From an uncultured Bacteroidaceae bacterium (lineage in GTDB: Bacteria; Bacteroidota; Bacteroidia; Bacteroidales; GCA-2748055): 64,000 nt of DNA. Where the stretch lies: the NCBI GenBank assembly GCA_964479445.1, contig CAYZMH010000001.1, forward strand, positions 11,805-75,804, written 5' to 3'. Below the pieces are notes generated by a model. The model had not been told where the DNA came from and made no database searches. It saw only the letters and a list, made by a program, of their open reading frames with translations. Of this stretch, positions 9,479-17,992 are shown piece after piece (within the stretch, counting starts at the first letter, position 1; each line of letters starts with the position of its first letter). Position numbers and translations under genes: made by a program.

Positions 9479-10145
9479 GGACAAAGCTGTAATTTTTGAC
9501 ATGGATGGAGTGATCGTAGATAATTCGGAATACCATTACAGGGCCTGGGAAATATTTTGTGAAAAAGAGGGGTATACCTACAGTCGTGAAGGGGCCAGGT
9601 ATTGGTTCGGGGGCACGAATCAGGATATCCTTGAGAAAGTATACAAAAGGAAAGTGGATCGCGAAGAGGCCAGGGAGAAGGGAGCCATCAAGGAGAAGTT
9701 ATACAGGGATCTCATTGCTCCCGAACTGCGGCCGGTTCCGGGAATCCGTAACCTTTTAAACAACCTGAGGGAAGCCGGGGTGTCACTTGCTGTCGCAACC
9801 TCTGCTCCCGGTGAGAATGTGGATTTTATACTCGACCGCCTGGATTTGCGCTCCTTTTTCGACCACATCGTTGATGCCGATGGGGTAAAAAGGGGTAAGC
9901 CGGATCCGGAGATCTACCTGAAAGCAGCTGATATACTCAAGGTTCATCCACAGAATTGCCTGGTCTTTGAAGACGCAGTGCATGGAATTCAGGCAGCCAG
10001 GGAAGCTGGTATGCAGGTGGTCGGACTCATTACCACACTGGAAGATCAAGAGCTGCAGGGTACCTTGTTCAATATCCGGGATTTTACAAAGATAAAAGCA
10101 GAAAAGCTCATTGAAATAATCAACAAACAGGCAACCTCGCTTTAA
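9471..10145 (+). CDS. HAD-IA family hydrolase (beta-phosphoglucomutase-like)
   Basis: HAD motifs are present: FDMDGV (DxD), ATSA, GKPDPEIY, FEDAVHG. I chose the ATG at 9471 (MNKDKAVIFDMDG). It overlaps the ATPase stop by 8 nt. Confidence 0.8.
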   Translation: MNKDKAVIFDMDGVIVDNSEYHYRAWEIFCEKEGYTYSREGARYWFGGTNQDILEKVYKRKVDREEAREKGAIKEKLYRDLIAPELRPVPGIRNLLNNLREAGVSLAVATSAPGENVDFILDRLDLRSFFDHIVDADGVKRGKPDPEIYLKAADILKVHPQNCLVFEDAVHGIQAAREAGMQVVGLITTLEDQELQGTLFNIRDFTKIKAEKLIEIINKQATSL

Positions 10146-10242
10146 TCGTAGCATCACAAAATGAATGTGATGAGGAATAGCGCAAAGCAGGATGATTCTC
10201 TTTCATGCTGTTTTCACCGTAGCACAGACAGAAATTAAAAGA

Positions 10243-11349
10243 ATGAAACGCTTTTTCGGATTTGTATTAAAAGAGTTCCGCCATATCTTCAGGGATCCCC
10301 GGACCCTTGCCATTCTTTTCGGTCTTCCCATGGTGATGATCATTCTGTTCGGGTATGTGGTTTCAAATGACATCAAGGATATAAGACTTGCCGTAGTGGA
10401 TCCTTCACGGGATGCGGTGACCCGTCAGATCACCGATAAGATCTTATCCTCGGGATATTTTATTTCAGCCGGTTACCTGGAGCAGGAGAAAGATATTGAA
10501 CAAGCATTTCAGGGTGACCGGGCCCGCCTGGTGTTGCTGTTTGGTTCCGACTTTGAAGAGAAGTTAATGCGGGAGAAAAAAGCAGATGTCAGACTCGTAG
10601 TGGATGCTGCAGACGCCAATTCAGCCCAGCTGGCGGTGAATTATGCGGAAGGTATTATCCGCTCGTGGCTGAGGGAGCAGGCCGGAGAGGTTAAACTTCC
10701 GGTGCAGATAGAGGCCATTCCCCGCATGATGTACAACCAGGAGTTGCGTGGTGTTTATATGTTTGTGCCCGGATTGATGGCATTGATCCTGATGCTTATA
10801 TCGGCCCTTATGACCTCTGTAACGATCACCCGCGAAAAGGAGTTCGGTACCATGGAACCTCTGCTGGCCTCTCCGTTGAAGCCCCGCGAGATCATCATGG
10901 GAAAGGTCACTCCCTATGTGTTTCTATCATTCATCAATGCCATAACGATCATCACCCTGGGAATCCTGGTTTTCGGGGTGCCATTGAGGGGGAGCGTGAT
11001 ATTGCTACTGGCTGAGAGTATGCTCTACATTACCCTGGCACTCTCCCTGGGAGTCTTTATCTCATCCCTGGCCAGGTCGCAACAAATTGCTATGGTCATC
11101 TCAATGGTCGGATTGATGTTGCCTACCATCCTGCTTTCAGGATTTATCTTTCCAATCGATAATATGCCGGAGATTCTGCAGGCTTTTTCGACCATTATGC
11201 CTGCACGCTGGTTTATCGTGATCGTCAAGAATATTATGCTTAAAGGAACCGGCCTGGCATTTGTATGGAAGGAAACACTGATATTGCTTGCCATGACACT
11301 GTTTTTCATCATCGCTGCAGTCAGGAAATTTAAAACCCGTCTTGAATAG
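10243..11349 (+). CDS. ABC-2 type transporter permease (YbhS/YbhR-like)
   Basis: The N-terminus MKRFFGFVLKEFRHIFRDPRTL is typical of ABC-2 permeases. It has a large first loop followed by 5 C-terminal TM helices. I moved the start to the ATG at 10243. Confidence 0.85.
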   Translation: MKRFFGFVLKEFRHIFRDPRTLAILFGLPMVMIILFGYVVSNDIKDIRLAVVDPSRDAVTRQITDKILSSGYFISAGYLEQEKDIEQAFQGDRARLVLLFGSDFEEKLMREKKADVRLVVDAADANSAQLAVNYAEGIIRSWLREQAGEVKLPVQIEAIPRMMYNQELRGVYMFVPGLMALILMLISALMTSVTITREKEFGTMEPLLASPLKPREIIMGKVTPYVFLSFINAITIITLGILVFGVPLRGSVILLLAESMLYITLALSLGVFISSLARSQQIAMVISMVGLMLPTILLSGFIFPIDNMPEILQAFSTIMPARWFIVIVKNIMLKGTGLAFVWKETLILLAMTLFFIIAAVRKFKTRLE

Positions 11350-11357
11350 CCATTATC

Positions 11358-12473
11358 ATGAGGATACTTCTGACACTGCTTAAAAAAGAGTTTAAACAGA
11401 TTTTCCGGAACCGGATGATGTTACCGGTGATTTTCGTAATTCCGGTGGTGCAGATGATTCTGCTGGTCTATGCTGCCAGCCTGGAGATGAAGAACATCGA
11501 TTTGGTAGTGGTGGACCATGATCTTTCCCAGACTTCCCGCCGACTCACGGCAAGTTTCGAAGGATCGGATTTTTATACGCTGAAGGGGAATACGCAGCAT
11601 GACGAGGCAGCTGAAAACCTGATGATCAGGGATCGCGCTGATATCATTATTCGCTTTAAGCATGGGTTTGAAGAGGATTTGGTCAATGAAGGAAATGCGG
11701 ATATTCAATTAATAATCAATGCAATAAATGCCACCGAGGCAGGACTGATTCAGGGGAATACGCAACAGATTATCCGGAAATTTAACCAGGATATCAGAAC
11801 CGAGTGGTCGGGGATACAGCATGCAGGACAGGCACAGTGGCGGATGATACCCTCTTTTTGGTTTAACCCCCTTCTTGACTATAAAATTTATATGTTCTCC
11901 GGTATCCTTGTAATCCTGGTAACGCTTATAGGAATGTTCCTGACGGCATTGAATCTTGTTCGGGAAAAGGAACTGGGAACCGCAGAACAAATCAATGTGA
12001 CCCCGGTAAGGAAATATCAATTTTTGGTGTCCAAATTGCTTCCGTTCTGGATCATTGCCCTGTTTGAACTGGCTTTTGGTTTGGTGCTGGGAAGAATACT
12101 TTTTGACCTGCCAATAAGGGGAAGCCTCCCGTTACTTTTTGGCTTCGCCTCCGTATACCTGCTTGCTGTTCTGGGGATCGGTCTCTTCTTTTCCACATTC
12201 TCACAAACGCAACAACAATTGATGTTTGTCGCATTTTTCTTTATGATCACATTCATTCTGATGAGCGGGGTGTTTACGCCGGCCGAAAGCATGCCGGAGT
12301 GGGCTCAGAAGATCAATATTATCAATCCCATGGCTTACTTCATGCGCGTGAACAGGATGATTCTATTGAAAGGGTCAGGTTTCCAGGATATCAGCCGGGA
12401 ATTCTACAGCCTCTGCCTCTTTGCGGTTGTTATGCTTACCCTGGCGATCAATAACTATCGTAAAACATCCTGA
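11358..12473 (+). CDS. ABC-2 type transporter permease (YbhS/YbhR-like)
   Basis: The N-terminus is LLKKEFKQIFRNRMML and the topology matches 10243..11349. Confidence 0.85.
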   Translation: MRILLTLLKKEFKQIFRNRMMLPVIFVIPVVQMILLVYAASLEMKNIDLVVVDHDLSQTSRRLTASFEGSDFYTLKGNTQHDEAAENLMIRDRADIIIRFKHGFEEDLVNEGNADIQLIINAINATEAGLIQGNTQQIIRKFNQDIRTEWSGIQHAGQAQWRMIPSFWFNPLLDYKIYMFSGILVILVTLIGMFLTALNLVREKELGTAEQINVTPVRKYQFLVSKLLPFWIIALFELAFGLVLGRILFDLPIRGSLPLLFGFASVYLLAVLGIGLFFSTFSQTQQQLMFVAFFFMITFILMSGVFTPAESMPEWAQKINIINPMAYFMRVNRMILLKGSGFQDISREFYSLCLFAVVMLTLAINNYRKTS

Positions 12474-13075
12474 TCCAGCAGCTGGTCAAACATCGACCTG
12501 GAAGACCTGGAGTTCCAGTCGGCAGCCCCGGTAATTTTCCGTACAATTCTGCCATCCCTTGATATGATATAAGTGGTGGGAATAGAACGGGAACGAAATA
12601 CTTCGGGAACTCCTCCCTGCGTGTATGATACCGGAAGGTCATATCCGTGCCGCTTCATGAATGGTTCGACCTCCGACGGGGATTGATTGGTAAGCAGCAG
12701 GAAGGTGACACGATCTCCGTATTGTTCATATATTTCCTGTATTTCAGGCATTTCTGCAATACACGGGGGACACCAGGTGGCCCAGAAATTCAGGAAAACA
12801 ACCGAGCCCTGATGATCTGCAAAAGATTGTGTCAGGCCTTCTGAATCGCGGTATTTCCAGGAATAATCAGATCTGTCAAGTTCAACCTGGTTCTTTTCTC
12901 CCGCAACGGATGGTTGCCGGATATGCAGCATAACCTTGTTAACACCGGTTACAATTGCTTTTCTCGGACCCGGGATAATAAGCAGCAACAATAATACCCA
13001 GAAGATAATGTCAATTGCTTTTTGAAGAACCGGTCGCTTTTTCCAGCGTTCAAAACGTTCTTTTATCTTATTCAT
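12455..13075 (-). CDS. TlpA family thiol:disulfide oxidoreductase, membrane anchored
   Basis: It has an N-terminal TM helix (IIFWVLLLLLIIPG) and the thioredoxin active site WATWCPPC. Confidence 0.85.
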   Translation of the reverse strand: MNKIKERFERWKKRPVLQKAIDIIFWVLLLLLIIPGPRKAIVTGVNKVMLHIRQPSVAGEKNQVELDRSDYSWKYRDSEGLTQSFADHQGSVVFLNFWATWCPPCIAEMPEIQEIYEQYGDRVTFLLLTNQSPSEVEPFMKRHGYDLPVSYTQGGVPEVFRSRSIPTTYIISRDGRIVRKITGAADWNSRSSRSMFDQLLDQDVLR

Positions 13076-13767
13076 CAGTTTATATCTATTTTCTCAAGGA
13101 ACAGAGGCTCTCTTTTTCCATGTGCCCTGAGAACAAATCTGAACCGGTTTAGGTTCAAACAAAGGTGGAAATCTGTTTCCGGGGCAAAGTCCTGTTTTTC
13201 GGCTATGAAGAAGCGCTGACCACTGGTAGCACGAATCTCGGTTACCATGGATTCAAAGTCGGGCTGCTTATCTTTCAACCGGTCCCGTATATAGTGGGCA
13301 CAGAAGGTATCCTCTTCAGTGGGGTGCTTAGCGCCGTAACCCATACAGACCAGGGCGACATGTGAAGGGTTCTTTTCCCGGATATAGTGAACAATGGCTT
13401 CGGCATTGACAAAACTTCCTGTTAACACTTCGTCGGCATTAACTGCATTAACAAGCCCCTGTGTACCGGCACTGGTCGTATGAATAAGTGTTTTACCTTG
13501 AATCTTGGACTTAAGTACATGCGATGGTGAGTTTCCAATGTCAAAACCAGGAGGGAGCTTCTCTTCCCGCTCTCCCGCAAGGAGATATTCAGGATGCTCC
13601 TTTTTGAGTCTGTATGCTAGTTCCAGGTTTCCTACCGAATATACATTTGCTGCTCCGCCGTCAAAGGCATAACAGGTAACTGAGAAAGCTCTGAATACGT
13701 CAATCACGACTGTTAGTCCTTTTGCCTGCCGTGCACCTTCCACCATGTTTAGTATCTCAATATTCAT
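13075..13767 (-). CDS. comB: 2-phosphosulfolactate phosphatase (ComB family)
   Basis: VVIDVFRAFS and HTTSAGTQG blocks are present and the length (230 aa) is typical of ComB. Confidence 0.7.
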   Translation of the reverse strand: MNIEILNMVEGARQAKGLTVVIDVFRAFSVTCYAFDGGAANVYSVGNLELAYRLKKEHPEYLLAGEREEKLPPGFDIGNSPSHVLKSKIQGKTLIHTTSAGTQGLVNAVNADEVLTGSFVNAEAIVHYIREKNPSHVALVCMGYGAKHPTEEDTFCAHYIRDRLKDKQPDFESMVTEIRATSGQRFFIAEKQDFAPETDFHLCLNLNRFRFVLRAHGKREPLFLEKIDIN

Positions 13768-14260
13768 TGTTCCAGGCTAATATTTGATGATTATTACAAC
13801 GTATTTTGTTCCCTGTAGCAATCCGTTCCTCCGTATACAGGCATCAAACATGAAAAACATGCCTTTGGCCAGATACAAAAAGTCCCGGGGGCAGCCCTCT
13901 TTTTCTTGAGTCTATTCCTCTGCGAATAGAGGGTAAAAATAATTATTGACCCCGTCATCGTAATCAGGGTCGAACTGACCGGGTATGATGTGATTCCCGT
14001 AGAAATACGATCCTCGGAAAGGGGCACAGTAGCTGTGGTTTTGGGGAGAATCTGCATAAGACGGAAATCTTTCGTTCGTCCCTTTGCATGAAGGGTCATC
14101 ATTGCGATAATAGCACCTGCCGGAAAGAGACCGGGACAACATTTCATGGTGTTGTTTTTTGCAAAAAGGTACGCGTCAGTTGCATACATCGGGAATTATT
14201 TAATGCAAACATAGAAAAAACGCCTGCTTTTTTTGCAGGAATTGTATCTTTGTTTATCAA

Positions 14261-15568
14261 ATGATGACTATGATATCCAGAATCAGGAGATTTCTCAGGG
14301 AAGAGGTATGGTCGGCTGATTTAAAGACCAAGTCAGGAAGAAAGGGCTTTGTTATACGTCAGATTCGCATTTTGACTTATGCATTCAAGGGTTTCTTTGA
14401 AGATAGGGCAGCACTCAGGGCATCGTCACTCACCTATTTCACCATGCTTTCCATTGTTCCCATTTTTGCAATGGGGTTTGGAATTGCAAAAGGGTTTGGA
14501 TTCGAAGACAGACTCCATGGATTCATTAGCAATAATTTCCAGGGGCAGGATCAGATCATTGCCTGGATTACACAAATGGTAGATGATCTGTTGCAAAAAA
14601 CAAGGGGTGGTCTCGTGGCCGGGATCGGGTTTATCATCCTTTTCTGGTCTGTGATCCAGGTCTTAAATAATATTGAGCTCTCTTTTAACGACATCTGGCA
14701 GGTAAAGAAACCCAGGAGTCCGGTTCGTAAATTTTCAGATTACCTGGCCATCATGATTGTCAGTCCGTTTGCCATTGCCATATCGGGAAGCTTCATGGTA
14801 AAAATTCAATCGGCCGCAAGCGATTTTGAATTGTTACAACCCGTCCTGGTATTATTGATCAAAGCAGTCCCCTATGTTGCTATCTGGCTCTTGTTTACGG
14901 TGGTTTATATGGTTATGCCTAATACAAAAGTAAAATTCAAATATGCGATCATCGCCGGGATATTTGCCGGAACGCTTTCACTGATCGTACAGTGGGGATA
15001 TTTTGAATTCCAGATTGGTGTGACTCGCTTTAATACACTGTACGGTAGTTTTGCTGCCATACCACTTTTCCTGGTGTGGTTGCAGATCACCTGGCTGATT
15101 GTGCTTATGGGAGCGGAGGTCTCATTTGCCTATCAGAATATTGAAAACTATGAATATGAGGATGAGGCATTGAAATTAAGCCATAACAACAAACGTATTT
15201 TAACCCTGCTGATCACTCACTATGTGGTTAGAAATTTCGAGGAGGGAGGAGAAGCAAAAAGCGCTGCTATGCTGAGCCATGAATTGGGAATACCCATGCG
15301 CCTGCTGAGCGAGCTTGTCTTTGACCTGATGGAATGCGGTGTAATTGCAGAGCTGGCTTCCGATAATCCCAAGGAACGCTATTATCAGCCAGCCATGGAT
15401 ATTAATAAACTCTCGGTAGATGAGCTTTATACGCGTCTTGAACAGATGGGAGGGGATCATATGATCGTTACGGAATCGGAAAAACTTGATAAAATTACAC
15501 GTATTCACGAACACCTTCTTCACGCCATGAGGGAATCACCATCCAATATTCTGATAAAAGATATCTGA
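14261..15568 (+). CDS. YihY/BrkB family membrane protein with C-terminal soluble extension
   Basis: It has the motif RASSLTYFTMLSIVPIFAM, six TM helices and LMGAEVSFAYQN, followed by a soluble tail of about 130 aa. Confidence 0.8.
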   Translation: MMTMISRIRRFLREEVWSADLKTKSGRKGFVIRQIRILTYAFKGFFEDRAALRASSLTYFTMLSIVPIFAMGFGIAKGFGFEDRLHGFISNNFQGQDQIIAWITQMVDDLLQKTRGGLVAGIGFIILFWSVIQVLNNIELSFNDIWQVKKPRSPVRKFSDYLAIMIVSPFAIAISGSFMVKIQSAASDFELLQPVLVLLIKAVPYVAIWLLFTVVYMVMPNTKVKFKYAIIAGIFAGTLSLIVQWGYFEFQIGVTRFNTLYGSFAAIPLFLVWLQITWLIVLMGAEVSFAYQNIENYEYEDEALKLSHNNKRILTLLITHYVVRNFEEGGEAKSAAMLSHELGIPMRLLSELVFDLMECGVIAELASDNPKERYYQPAMDINKLSVDELYTRLEQMGGDHMIVTESEKLDKITRIHEHLLHAMRESPSNILIKDI

Positions 15569-15632
15569 GAGGGTGATATTTCTGTTGAATTATCGGATTA
15601 TTGAAATCATTAATGATTATTTAATAGTGCTG

Positions 15633-15640
15633 TATATTTG
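15633..15640 (+). promoter_or_regulatory. candidate Bacteroidota -7 promoter element TATATTTG for the his leader/operon
   Basis: It matches TAnnTTTG and lies about 45 nt upstream of the leader-peptide ATG. Confidence 0.4.
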
Positions 15641-15685
15641 ATTATTCAGAATTATTACTTATAATTGCACTGCTAAAATTTGAAA

Positions 15686-15748
15686 ATGAACAGGCTTTTC
15701 ACACATAACGGTCATCATCTCCTGCACCATCACGGTGTTGTCAGGTAA
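15686..15748 (+). CDS. his operon leader peptide (20 aa, MNRLFTHNGHHLLHHHGVVR)
   Basis: 6 of 20 codons are His, and 5 of those fall within 7 consecutive codons (HHLLHHH). The ORF sits between a -7 motif and an intrinsic terminator immediately upstream of hisG. Confidence 0.7.
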   Translation: MNRLFTHNGHHLLHHHGVVR

Positions 15749-15782
15749 TCGTGTGGAAAGTTGTAAACGCTTATAATTCTTG

Positions 15783-15813
15783 AAAGGTTTGCAGTTTCTG
15801 CAGACCTTTTTTT
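15783..15813 (+). terminator. intrinsic terminator (attenuator) preceding hisG
   Basis: A 9-bp stem, GGTTTGCAG / CTGCAGACC with one G-U pair and a 3-nt loop, is flanked by AAA and followed by T7 (15807..15813). It ends 17 nt before the hisG ATG. Confidence 0.7.
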
Positions 15814-15829
15814 GTTAAAACACGGAAGT

Positions 15830-16687
15830 ATGGAAAAACTTAGAATCGCTCTCCAGAAGTCGGGTCGTTTAAGCGAAAAATCTATTAACCTGCTTAAAGA
15901 ATCTGGTATCGCCATGACCAATGGTACAAGGAAGCTCATTGCACCATCCGGTTCATACCCGTTGGAAGCCTTATACCTCAGGGATGATGATATACCTGAA
16001 TATGTGCAAGATGGGGTTGCCGATATCGGTATTGTGGGAGAAAATATTGTAGCTGAAAAAGGAGCGGATGTAAAAATTGAGGAACGGCTGGGCTTTTCAA
16101 AGTGTCGTTTATCTCTGGCCATTCCAAGGCAGGTCTCGTATGATGGTCCCGAGTATTTCATGGGCAGGAAGATAGCCACATCGTATCCGGGAATTCTGGC
16201 AAAATACCTGGAGCAGCAGGGTATCCGTGCTGAGATTCATGAAATCAGTGGTTCAGTTGAGATCGCTCCGGGGATCGGATTGGCTGATTCTATTTTCGAC
16301 ATTGTCAGCTCCGGGAGCACCCTGATTAGTAACGGGCTGAAGGAGGTGGAAACCGTAATGCACTCCGAAGCGGTATTGATAGCCGGGCATCAACTGGATG
16401 AAACCAGGCAGGAATTGCTCAATGATCTACGGTTCAGAATAAAAAGTGTTCTTGCTGCATCCAATAACAAATATATCCTGTTAAACGCACCCAATGATAA
16501 ATTGGATGAGATTATTGCTCAGATTCCCGGCATGAAGAGTCCAACGGTGATGCCTCTGGCGGAGACCGGCTGGAGCTCCGTGCATTCGGTACTCAGTGAA
16601 AAACAGTTCTGGGAAGTGATCGATCGCCTGCGGGAACTGGGTGCCCAGGGAATCCTGGTTATTCCTATTGAGAAAATGATTGTATGA
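15830..16687 (+). CDS. hisG: ATP phosphoribosyltransferase, long form
   Basis: The N-terminus is MEKLRIALQKSGRL and a C-terminal regulatory domain is present. This is the first gene of the his operon. I moved the start to the first ATG at 15830. Confidence 0.9.
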   Translation: MEKLRIALQKSGRLSEKSINLLKESGIAMTNGTRKLIAPSGSYPLEALYLRDDDIPEYVQDGVADIGIVGENIVAEKGADVKIEERLGFSKCRLSLAIPRQVSYDGPEYFMGRKIATSYPGILAKYLEQQGIRAEIHEISGSVEIAPGIGLADSIFDIVSSGSTLISNGLKEVETVMHSEAVLIAGHQLDETRQELLNDLRFRIKSVLAASNNKYILLNAPNDKLDEIIAQIPGMKSPTVMPLAETGWSSVHSVLSEKQFWEVIDRLRELGAQGILVIPIEKMIV

Positions 16688-16702
16688 TGTAAAAAACAGA
16701 TA

Positions 16703-17992
16703 ATGAACGTAATAAAAAATCCCTCAGAAGATCAATGGCCCGATATTTTGAAACGTCCCACCAATGATGTCAGCGATCTTTTTGATTCGGTTCAAAAGAT
16801 TCTGGATGAAGTAAAATCCGGGGGTGATCAGGCTGTGAAATACTATTCCGGGAAATTTGATAAAGTAGCACCCCAAGAGTTACAATGCAGTAAAGTAGAG
16901 CTTACTGCAGCAAAATACAATGTGGACGATTCTCTGAAGAAGGCCATTGATGAGGCCAGGGGCAATATTGAAAAATTTCACGCCCGCCAGTTATGCGAAA
17001 CCGAGGTAATTGAAACCACTCCCGGTGTAAGGTGCTGGCAGAAAACGGTTCCCATCGAGAAAGTGGGACTCTATATTCCCGGGGGTACAGCCCCGCTTCT
17101 ATCTACGGTTTTGATGCTCGGAATACCGGCTAAACTGGCAGGATGCAGTGAGGTTATTCTATGCACACCTCCGGATGAAAAGGGAAATATAGATCCATCC
17201 ATTCTTTACCTGGCCGACCTGCTGGATATTGATAAGGTATTCAGGGTGGGTGGTGTGCAGGCAATTGCTGCCATGGCTTATGGCACGGAAAGCATTCCCG
17301 GTGTCAATAAAATATTCGGACCCGGAAATCAGTATGTAACGGCTGCCAAGCAGCTGGTAAGCCAGGATAGTGTAGCTATTGATATGCCGGCAGGCCCCTC
17401 TGAATTGGCCGTGATAGCTGATAAAACGGCAATTCCTGAATTTATAGCATCTGACTTGCTTTCCCAGGCTGAACATGGTATCGATAGCCAGGTCATCCTT
17501 ATTACAGATTCCGAAGCAATCATCGAAAAGGTGCAGATAGCGATTGAACAGCAGCTTACTGCAATACCACGCAAAGACATTGCTGTCCAGGCGTTGTTGA
17601 ACAGCAAAATTGTACTTATGGAAGATCCCGGTAAGATGATCAAGATGATGAATGCATATGCCCCGGAGCACCTGATAATAGCCTGTGAGAATTACCAGGA
17701 AATGGCAGAAAAGGTAGTGAATGCCGGATCTGTCTTCCTGGGAAATTATACCCCGGAAAGTGCCGGAGATTATGCCTCAGGAACCAACCACACTTTGCCT
17801 ACGAACGGGTGGGCTCATGCTTACAGCGGCCTCAATATGGATAGTTTTGTGAAAAAGATTACCTTTCAGGAAATCAGTAAGTATGGTTTGTTTAATATAA
17901 GTCAGGCTGTTACCACGATGGCAGCCGCGGAAGCCCTGGATGCGCATAAAAATGCCGTAGAGATACGAATGAAAAACGGATCAGAAGAGTAA
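16703..17992 (+). CDS. hisD: histidinol dehydrogenase
   Basis: Motifs IDMPAGPSE, SQAEHG and GDYASGTNHTLPT are present. Confidence 0.95.
   Translation: MNVIKNPSEDQWPDILKRPTNDVSDLFDSVQKILDEVKSGGDQAVKYYSGKFDKVAPQELQCSKVELTAAKYNVDDSLKKAIDEARGNIEKFHARQLCETEVIETTPGVRCWQKTVPIEKVGLYIPGGTAPLLSTVLMLGIPAKLAGCSEVILCTPPDEKGNIDPSILYLADLLDIDKVFRVGGVQAIAAMAYGTESIPGVNKIFGPGNQYVTAAKQLVSQDSVAIDMPAGPSELAVIADKTAIPEFIASDLLSQAEHGIDSQVILITDSEAIIEKVQIAIEQQLTAIPRKDIAVQALLNSKIVLMEDPGKMIKMMNAYAPEHLIIACENYQEMAEKVVNAGSVFLGNYTPESAGDYASGTNHTLPTNGWAHAYSGLNMDSFVKKITFQEISKYGLFNISQAVTTMAAAEALDAHKNAVEIRMKNGSEE

Noticed and set aside
7840-9502. Long minus-strand ORFs (195, 81 and 173 aa) inside the ABC ATPase genes.
   Set aside because: They are antisense to genes with clear Walker A, signature and Walker B motifs. 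They are shadow ORFs.
13741-14262. Apparent 1-nt offset between my manual base indexing and the ORF-track coordinates, which could have suggested a frameshift near the comB start.
   Set aside because: The track reports intact comB and yihY ORFs, and indexing agrees again on both sides. I attribute the offset to my own counting error, not to a real indel.
15730-16179. 149-aa minus-strand ORF overlapping the his leader and hisG.
   Set aside because: It is antisense to hisG and to the attenuator, and I recognise no motif. The plus-strand interpretation explains the region fully.
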